NCBI GenBank assembly: GCA_964035545.1
Contig: OZ037771.1
Span: 2,367,628 to 2,431,627, forward strand
Reading direction: 5' to 3'
Source: Bugula neritina
Lineage: Eukaryota > Animalia > Bryozoa
DNA: 64,000 nt
Below the pieces are notes generated by a model. It made no database searches, was not told the origin of the DNA, and worked only from the letters and a program-made list of their open reading frames with translations. Positions 63,501-64,000 of this stretch are shown piece by piece. The position numbers were made by a program, and so were the translations under genes. Numbering within the stretch: position 1 is the first letter of the stretch; each line of letters starts with the position of its first letter.

Positions 63501-63910
63501 AGTTTATAAAACACATTCCGGTCCAAGCTAACCGTGGTTTTTTCAATATTATGAATTATGTTTAAACTTATAAGTTGCTATTATAATAGAAACTTGTGGC
63601 AAATGACAATTAAATTTAAAATTCAACATGAGTTTTGCAAATTATTTATTAACATAAATTTAATTTGCCAAATTAAATGTTGCAAAGAGGAGGTTGAAAA
63701 TTTCAGGTACAGAATAGTTTGGTCAACTATTTCTACGGAACTCGAGAAGAGAAATTTTTCTTTGCGGTCAAAAATCGAATAGATTTATCAACAATGGCCG
63801 TGAAAGAGCAGAGATCTCTAGCGGCGCAGTACATGGCTAAAGTGGAGGAGGCAATTGAGATGGCCAAGTCTCTGAAGAAAGCAATGGCTACAGCCAAGGC
63901 CACAGCCCTG
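506..63910 (+). CDS. ITPR: Inositol 1,4,5-trisphosphate receptor-like channel (divergent ITPR paralogue), 5' part; 42 coding exons, continues beyond the window
   Basis: Exons join in one open frame with matching phases and GT/GC-AG borders. IP3R-type motifs: N-terminus [18 protein letters not shown] (cf. IP3R HIGDIxSLYAE), LYGQTIQLRH, MIR-type LIRLFHKE and [91 protein letters not shown]. Confidence 0.93.
2294..2364 (+). CDS. ITPR: ITPR-like exon 2 ([23 protein letters not shown])
   Basis: ttatag| ... G|gtaacc; phases 2 and 1 fit neighbours. Confidence 0.8.
3394..4116 (+). repeat. 5' LTR of BEL/Pao element
   Basis: Direct repeat of 7804-8526; contains about 5x 14-bp TTTATCACAGCAAG and AATAAA at 4064-4069. 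Confidence 0.95.
4141..4327 (+). repeat. 53-bp tandem repeat (about 3.5 copies) in BEL leader
   Basis: Unit AGTTCACGGGCAACTCATCTCAAGTCTACAGTAGAAAGTTAAGTCTACTTCAG. Confidence 0.92.
4807..7689 (+). CDS. BEL/Pao Gag-aspartic protease polyprotein, 960 aa, internally deleted
   Basis: Gag [12 protein letters not shown] (DUF1759-like); three Cys/His knuckles [35 protein letters not shown]; protease [14 protein letters not shown]; [14 protein letters not shown]; ends in post-integrase PLTPNH...[20 protein letters not shown]...VQKLV. Confidence 0.9.
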   Translation: MATPPIAPRRSTRIRQLSLSAQQQLVSTSKAKIDTLISKFNSLIKKELDDDLIVLINNLADQAKSTLDNLLTQVSEQDNSIDFYVQQVNIICKRAHDLSLTEAEGTIYNTVFGSSNHSHISLANEQFEAAKTAIELESLERRTAILAKREQLELQTQKLKDKQRLQQARLDIIYSHGLDERDEIAANLRATQLGSTPVPAARSSRGTPSICSLTSENFTEYIQPSPRPIPKPRFKPQPLPRSSSSKSLPVPNPPATNTLDSAYMLAECLTKALNTQRAPIPEPPVFRGNPLEYPTWKAAFTSYMAHINVSNESKLHYLLKYVGNSAAEAITSYALVHDPKAYNTAINTLDERFGSSYTIAEAFRNKLDSFQRFKANDASALRKFSDFLLQCQSAMGSVHELGVLNDPHTSVNLCQKLPDFLANKWKEKIVEFRQKYGKYPQFSEFSKLVKYHSDIQNDPVVLGMSKAANSSLSNLHPRVNKPADTSHNRNTFFTSRASTYYCSYCDVLGHSLSRCNLKFAKLSARDQESFIRSNNLCWKCLKPGHRSNKCTTACKCQVKGCGKQHPTSRHYQVVRTSSSDQVTMHSTSNHSQPNTPSLNHTQSASSAHLQTSVDHTITNSTIGVSQVPHASSTKTANTQTLTRNKDGLKSSIIPVWLSTSPNSNKEHLVYALLDNMSDTTFISDEVADILDIPHQSLVNLKINTVNPTNHNASTQSRLFKELTIKGFYANQHISLVDVYTIPEIPLNRSHIPTKESAAVWDHLQHIAHEIPELQNCPIGMLIGYDNSHALIPLKSVAGPNSRDPYAVQTPLGWSVVGATNPHMKHEIVKLSNSPQTSADVNAVSFTCFSKSIKPTSVLHKLQQDFRENQTISTRLALSKDDKQFLSTLQTGISQTEDGTPLTPNHSLAMKSKIIFPPPGQFDESGTYSRKRWRVVQSLANQFWSKWRESAVQKLVMLFRP
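7804..8526 (+). repeat. 3' LTR of BEL/Pao element
   Basis: Direct repeat of 3394-4116 (offset 4410). Confidence 0.95.
8673..8794 (+). CDS. ITPR: ITPR-like exon 3 ([12 protein letters not shown]...AFSQAK)
   Basis: ttttag| ... AAG|gtaatc; F-x-x-C-x-x-NRY motif. Confidence 0.88.
12149..12235 (+). CDS. ITPR: ITPR-like exon 4 ([10 protein letters not shown]...LLYGQTIQ)
   Basis: tgcag| ... CAG|gtttgt; YG-x-x-IQ motif. Confidence 0.88.
13351..13428 (+). CDS. ITPR: ITPR-like exon 5 ([11 protein letters not shown]...ESNNML)
   Basis: ttgtag| ... TTG|gtaagt. Confidence 0.88.
16269..16820 (-). repeat. 3' LTR of gypsy/Gmr1 element
   Basis: Direct repeat of 20105-20656. Confidence 0.95.
16867..16990 (-). 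pseudogene. Out-of-frame C-terminal remnant of RNase H
   Basis: [35 protein letters not shown] matches the gypsy RNase H C-terminal pattern (RW...LQ...G..N..AD.LSR). Confidence 0.85.
16880..20008 (-). CDS. Gag-protease-integrase polyprotein, 1042 aa
   Basis: Coiled-coil/capsid Gag; two CCHC knuckles ([28 protein letters not shown]); protease RDTGC; integrase HHCC (HDCIMSGH...CDIC) and D-D-E core (IDLIGP, SDQGTQF, LVEKFN); no YxDD RT. Confidence 0.92.
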   Translation of the reverse strand: MASLKRVTQMGKDLGLVEDKLIAFVEKNLPIVAAQEEKEKDREEKEKDREERRLEREAEKIRQENEKALMEMKIKADQEAMALKIKADQEAEERRQRHELDMEKLKANTSLEHSRHESTRLEIANKPKPKIPFFDEKVDEMDSYLERFEWVAEGCNWDKGDWPYHLSQYLRGTATEAYIRLSPTDRRDYKKVKEALLERFNLTQEGYRKKLREAEAYEDETPAQLFTRIETYVHKWVELSGGMDIAKLVATEQFISSCPDDLAVHLKQSSYNSSEDMCDAASLFLHARGRKLAKTKKTNTKRMENTPTGSMNAEQGSKSDGACFICKDKSHIARNCPRRGKKYCSHCKMNNHNTSDCRKYGGRSVHAAAAIATTQKKTVVTDPGISSKVEEPTEITVNGKKFVNAAVCKNGPKFKDGGTAIFDAEVNGQRATVMRDTGCGCIVVNAKYVQPQHLTGEPVYLKMADASVREAQWALISVRSPFYNGVVKAAVMDKTICDLLIGNVDGARSADQPLENWKDCAVTTRAQAVKEKSGDKPLMIDSNANPLSIGKDEITRLQRDDPTLERFFDAKEVKEKKGCTTRFVVRNRILYREYTDSKSVSVKPVKQLMVPSSLRKEVLQKAHDCIMSGHLGVKKTTDRVLSNFFWPGLNGDVVRFCQSCDICQKTVKKGSVMKVPVQETPLIDTPFKRCAIDLIGPINPPSEKGHRYILTLVDYATRYPEATPLKNIDSATVAEALLDIYSRVGIPEEVISDQGTQFISDYMKEFTRLLDMRQLPTSPYHAMANGLVEKFNGTLKSMLKKLCAKEPRQWHRFINAALFAYREVPQESTGFAPFELLYGRTVRGPMYILRQLWTKEDTADEVKTCYQHVFELRERLDDMMEMALASLKDSQKRYKHYFDKKAKQRDFRPGDKVLILLPTDGNKLLMHWQGPFNIEEKVRLNDYIINIRGKRRTYHANMLKKYFEREAPTDPMTVGAVMTLDAAGAGIIDHDKERKECEDNLLDLYSKKQQNDEMGYVFTELQNQSGVNQRKGQCWSRLSKPN
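20085..20102 (-). promoter_or_regulatory. Primer-binding site, tRNA-Pro-like
   Basis: TGGGGGCTGCTCCGGGAA, 2 nt after the 5' LTR; 15/18 identical to the tRNA-Pro PBS TGGGGGCTCGTCCGGGAT. Confidence 0.8.
20105..20656 (-). repeat. 5' LTR of gypsy/Gmr1 element
   Basis: Direct repeat of 16269-16820. Confidence 0.95.
20857..20937 (+). CDS. ITPR: ITPR-like exon 6 ([27 protein letters not shown])
   Basis: gtgtag| ... GTG|gtatgt. Confidence 0.88.
21316..21480 (+). CDS. ITPR: ITPR-like exon 7 ([22 protein letters not shown]...)
   Basis: ttttag| ... CCG|gtaagc. Confidence 0.9.
22955..23069 (+). CDS. ITPR: ITPR-like exon 8 (...[20 protein letters not shown]...)
   Basis: ttatag| ... G|gttagt; MIR motif. 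Confidence 0.9.
23652..23759 (+). CDS. ITPR: ITPR-like exon 9 (HFRLRPVSQ...[11 protein letters not shown])
   Basis: ttttag| ... AAG|gtaagt. Confidence 0.9.
25250..25378 (+). repeat. (ACTC)n microsatellite with ACTG/AAGC variants
   Basis: Directly visible; ends about 100 nt before the exon 10 acceptor. Confidence 0.95.
25478..25702 (+). CDS. ITPR: ITPR-like exon 10 ([20 protein letters not shown]...[10 protein letters not shown])
   Basis: tatcag| ... CAG|gttagc; MIR motifs. Confidence 0.92.
26119..26207 (+). CDS. ITPR: ITPR-like exon 11
   Basis: ttttag| ... AAA|gtgagt; phase fits. Confidence 0.85.
26658..26783 (+). CDS. ITPR: ITPR-like exon 12 (...[11 protein letters not shown]...)
   Basis: catccag| ... 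CAG|gtgagt. Confidence 0.88.
26967..27098 (+). CDS. ITPR: ITPR-like exon 13 (...[13 protein letters not shown])
   Basis: ttgcag| ... AGG|gtatgt; IP3-binding-core RQKL-x-R motif. Confidence 0.9.
27540..27598 (+). CDS. ITPR: ITPR-like exon 14 ([12 protein letters not shown]...)
   Basis: ttatag| ... AT|gtaagt. Confidence 0.86.
28090..28216 (+). CDS. ITPR: ITPR-like exon 15 (...[13 protein letters not shown]...)
   Basis: ttgtag| ... GGG|gtaagt; RKN motif. Confidence 0.9.
29539..29661 (+). CDS. ITPR: ITPR-like exon 16 (...[14 protein letters not shown]...)
   Basis: ttacag| ... AAG|gttaga; RIH domain. Confidence 0.9.
29876..30097 (+). CDS. ITPR: ITPR-like exon 17 ([16 protein letters not shown]...)
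   Basis: gtgtag| ... AAG|gtgtgt. Confidence 0.9.
32398..32470 (+). repeat. 20-bp tandem repeat x3-4
   Basis: Unit AATTTAGTGTCAACACTAGT. Confidence 0.85.
32798..33008 (+). CDS. ITPR: ITPR-like exon 18 (...[14 protein letters not shown]...[10 protein letters not shown])
   Basis: gtacag| ... G|gtaggc. Confidence 0.9.
33151..33254 (+). CDS. ITPR: ITPR-like exon 19 (MFVDIDEN...)
   Basis: tttcag| ... AAG|gtataa. Confidence 0.87.
35757..35874 (+). CDS. ITPR: ITPR-like exon 20 (...[13 protein letters not shown]...GHNLL)
   Basis: tcacag| ... G|gttagc. Confidence 0.87.
36548..36672 (+). repeat. 37-bp tandem repeat x3 plus partial
   Basis: Unit TACTGTATATTAATATAATAGCATAATATTGGTCTAC. Confidence 0.95.
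36688..36828 (+). CDS. ITPR: ITPR-like exon 21 ([16 protein letters not shown]...LMDGRND)
   Basis: tttcag| ... A|gtaagt. Confidence 0.9.
38209..42196 (-). CDS. Class A aminergic GPCR (octopamine/tyramine/adrenergic-like), 426 aa, nested antisense in ITPR-like intron 21
   Basis: Coding exons 42196-41890, 41549-41207, 40959-40843, 40642-40476, 39865-39645, 38334-38209 (1281 nt, phases consistent, GT-AG). Motifs: GN (TM1), NLAVSD..LPFS (TM2), [12 protein letters not shown] (D3.32), [10 protein letters not shown] (TM5), [16 protein letters not shown] (TM6), [20 protein letters not shown] non-coding upstream exon probably ends at 43446 and splices to 42350. Confidence 0.92.
40205..40462. repeat. 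About 26-bp degenerate minisatellite, about 10 copies, in GPCR intron
   Basis: Unit approx. AGTTTGAGTTTGCTAGTAGTATATTC. Confidence 0.9.
45154..45247 (+). CDS. ITPR: ITPR-like exon 22 (...TKAIVDAKH)
   Basis: ttttag| ... CA|gtaagt; phase joins exon 21 across the 8.3-kb GPCR-containing intron. Confidence 0.87.
45874..45998 (+). CDS. ITPR: ITPR-like exon 23 ([17 protein letters not shown]...)
   Basis: attcag| ... G|gtatgc. Confidence 0.9.
46241..46614 (+). repeat. 34-bp minisatellite x11 spanning the intron 23/exon 24 junction
   Basis: Unit AAATATCTAGTATGTTGTACAG|GGCACCTGCTGT. Confidence 0.97.
46603..46736 (+). CDS. ITPR: ITPR-like exon 24 ([12 protein letters not shown]...LVAILM)
   Basis: acceptor is the last copy of the 34-bp array (gtacag|); ends ATG|gtattg. 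Confidence 0.85.
47253..47426 (+). CDS. ITPR: ITPR-like exon 25 (DLSDYKYD...AVQAQVL...)
   Basis: ttttag| ... CAG|gttaga. Confidence 0.9.
47716..47854 (+). CDS. ITPR: ITPR-like exon 26 (...[11 protein letters not shown])
   Basis: atatag| ... A|gtgagt. Confidence 0.88.
48150..48367 (+). CDS. ITPR: ITPR-like exon 27 (...[13 protein letters not shown]...)
   Basis: ttccag| ... GAG|gttagt; second RIH region. Confidence 0.9.
48396..48838 (+). repeat. (TGAG)n microsatellite with (CGAG) variants
   Basis: About 440 bp, starting about 30 nt after the exon 27 donor. Confidence 0.97.
49053..49218 (+). CDS. ITPR: ITPR-like exon 28 (IFTGNKVTC...PLKRNQ)
   Basis: ttatag| ... G|gttagc. Confidence 0.9.
49424..49581 (+). 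CDS. ITPR: ITPR-like exon 29 (...[10 protein letters not shown])
   Basis: ttttag| ... GAG|gtaagc. Confidence 0.9.
49728..49915 (+). CDS. ITPR: ITPR-like exon 30 ([11 protein letters not shown]...DLPHD)
   Basis: tttcag| ... AC|gtaaga (first copy of the 33-bp array). Confidence 0.88.
49902..50366 (+). repeat. 33-bp minisatellite x14 spanning the exon 30/intron 30 junction
   Basis: Unit CTCCCTCATGACAC|GTAAGATATGATGTAACTA. Confidence 0.97.
50701..50817 (+). CDS. ITPR: ITPR-like exon 31 (NMWKFIKMV...APNIA)
   Basis: tcgtag| ... GC|gtatgt (first copy of the 27-bp array). Confidence 0.83.
50807..50953 (+). repeat. 27-bp minisatellite x5 plus partial, spanning the exon 31/intron 31 junction
   Basis: Unit AATATAGCTGY|GTATGTATTATTATAT with variants. 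Confidence 0.92.
51830..51931 (+). CDS. ITPR: ITPR-like exon 32 (possible cassette; [14 protein letters not shown]...)
   Basis: ttttag| ... AG|gtagta; 102 nt, phase 2-2, open. Confidence 0.65.
53114..53208 (+). repeat. 50-bp tandem repeat; second copy interrupted by the Sola2-like element and resumes at 56912
   Basis: Unit TTTATAACAAATATTAAC...ACCTAAATTACCTACATGTATG. Confidence 0.88.
54400..54938 (-). pseudogene. Decayed N-terminal Sola2-type transposase fragment (left arm)
   Basis: [53 protein letters not shown], with stops and frameshifts. Confidence 0.62.
55020..55705 (+). pseudogene. Decayed N-terminal Sola2-type transposase fragment (right arm), interrupted at 55305-55581
   Basis: [27 protein letters not shown] / [29 protein letters not shown], with frameshifts. 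Confidence 0.62.
57215..57250 (+). CDS. ITPR: ITPR-like exon 33 (possible 36-nt cassette; [11 protein letters not shown])
   Basis: ttttag| ... GA|gtaaga; phase 2-2, open; no homology support. Confidence 0.5.
58661..58733 (+). CDS. ITPR: ITPR-like exon 34 (...[16 protein letters not shown])
   Basis: ttccag| ... CAG|gtacag. Confidence 0.82.
59081..59167 (+). CDS. ITPR: ITPR-like exon 35 (VFFRSYYQP...)
   Basis: tcgtag| ... ATG|gtaaga. Confidence 0.85.
59687..59791 (+). CDS. ITPR: ITPR-like exon 36
   Basis: ttacag| ... AAG|gtaact. Confidence 0.85.
60723..60791 (+). CDS. ITPR: ITPR-like exon 37 ([10 protein letters not shown]...)
   Basis: tcgcag| ... AAA|gtacgt. Confidence 0.82.
60843..61038 (+). 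repeat. About 22-bp degenerate minisatellite built on AGTCAAT
   Basis: Unit approx. AGTCAATATCAGTATAGTCAAT. Confidence 0.88.
61071..61200 (+). CDS. ITPR: ITPR-like exon 38 (...[12 protein letters not shown]...)
   Basis: atttag| ... G|gtaata. Confidence 0.86.
61310..61448 (+). CDS. ITPR: ITPR-like exon 39 ([17 protein letters not shown]...)
   Basis: gtgtag| ... GC|gtaagt. Confidence 0.87.
61553..61705 (+). CDS. ITPR: ITPR-like exon 40 (...[15 protein letters not shown]...)
   Basis: ccatag| ... AG|gtacga. Confidence 0.88.
63249..63399 (+). CDS. ITPR: ITPR-like exon 41 (...AMLHGGNEQ)
   Basis: ttatag| ... CAA|gtgagt; LL-x-GGN-x-x-VQ-type motif. Confidence 0.9.
63707..63910 (+). CDS. ITPR: ITPR-like exon 42 ([18 protein letters not shown]...)
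   Basis: tttcag| ... CTG|gtatga. Confidence 0.88.
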
Positions 63911-64000
63911 GTATGACTTTACTATTCAATTCTGTCTGCCTCTTCAATCCTTTAATCCAATTCTGACTACCCTTTTAATCATTTTGCTTTTATAACTTCA

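Overview
AT-rich animal (invertebrate-type) genomic DNA, not prokaryotic. Nearly the whole window is one + strand, multi-exon gene for a divergent inositol 1,4,5-trisphosphate receptor-like Ca2+ channel. I assembled 42 phase-consistent coding exons by hand (ATG at 506 to 63910, 5352 nt = 1784 codons); the gene continues past the window, so the channel domain is not seen. Its introns hold: (i) a recent BEL/Pao LTR retrotransposon (3394-8526, +) whose single open ORF is Gag-protease fused in frame to the post-integrase tail, lacking RT, RNase H and integrase core; (ii) a recent Gmr1-type gypsy element (16269-20656, -) with intact Gag-PR-IN but RT/RNase H deleted; (iii) a complete six-coding-exon aminergic GPCR gene nested antisense in intron 21 (38209-42196); (iv) a 3.7-kb near-palindromic Sola2-like DNA transposon derivative (53209-56911). 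The most unusual signal is that several minisatellites are tandem amplifications of the gene's own exon/intron junctions: an 11x 3' splice site, a 14x 5' splice site and a 5x 5' splice site. In the first two arrays, use of any decoy site gives an immediate stop codon. Other micro/minisatellites also sit close to splice sites. All gene models are manual; none has been checked against transcripts or databases.
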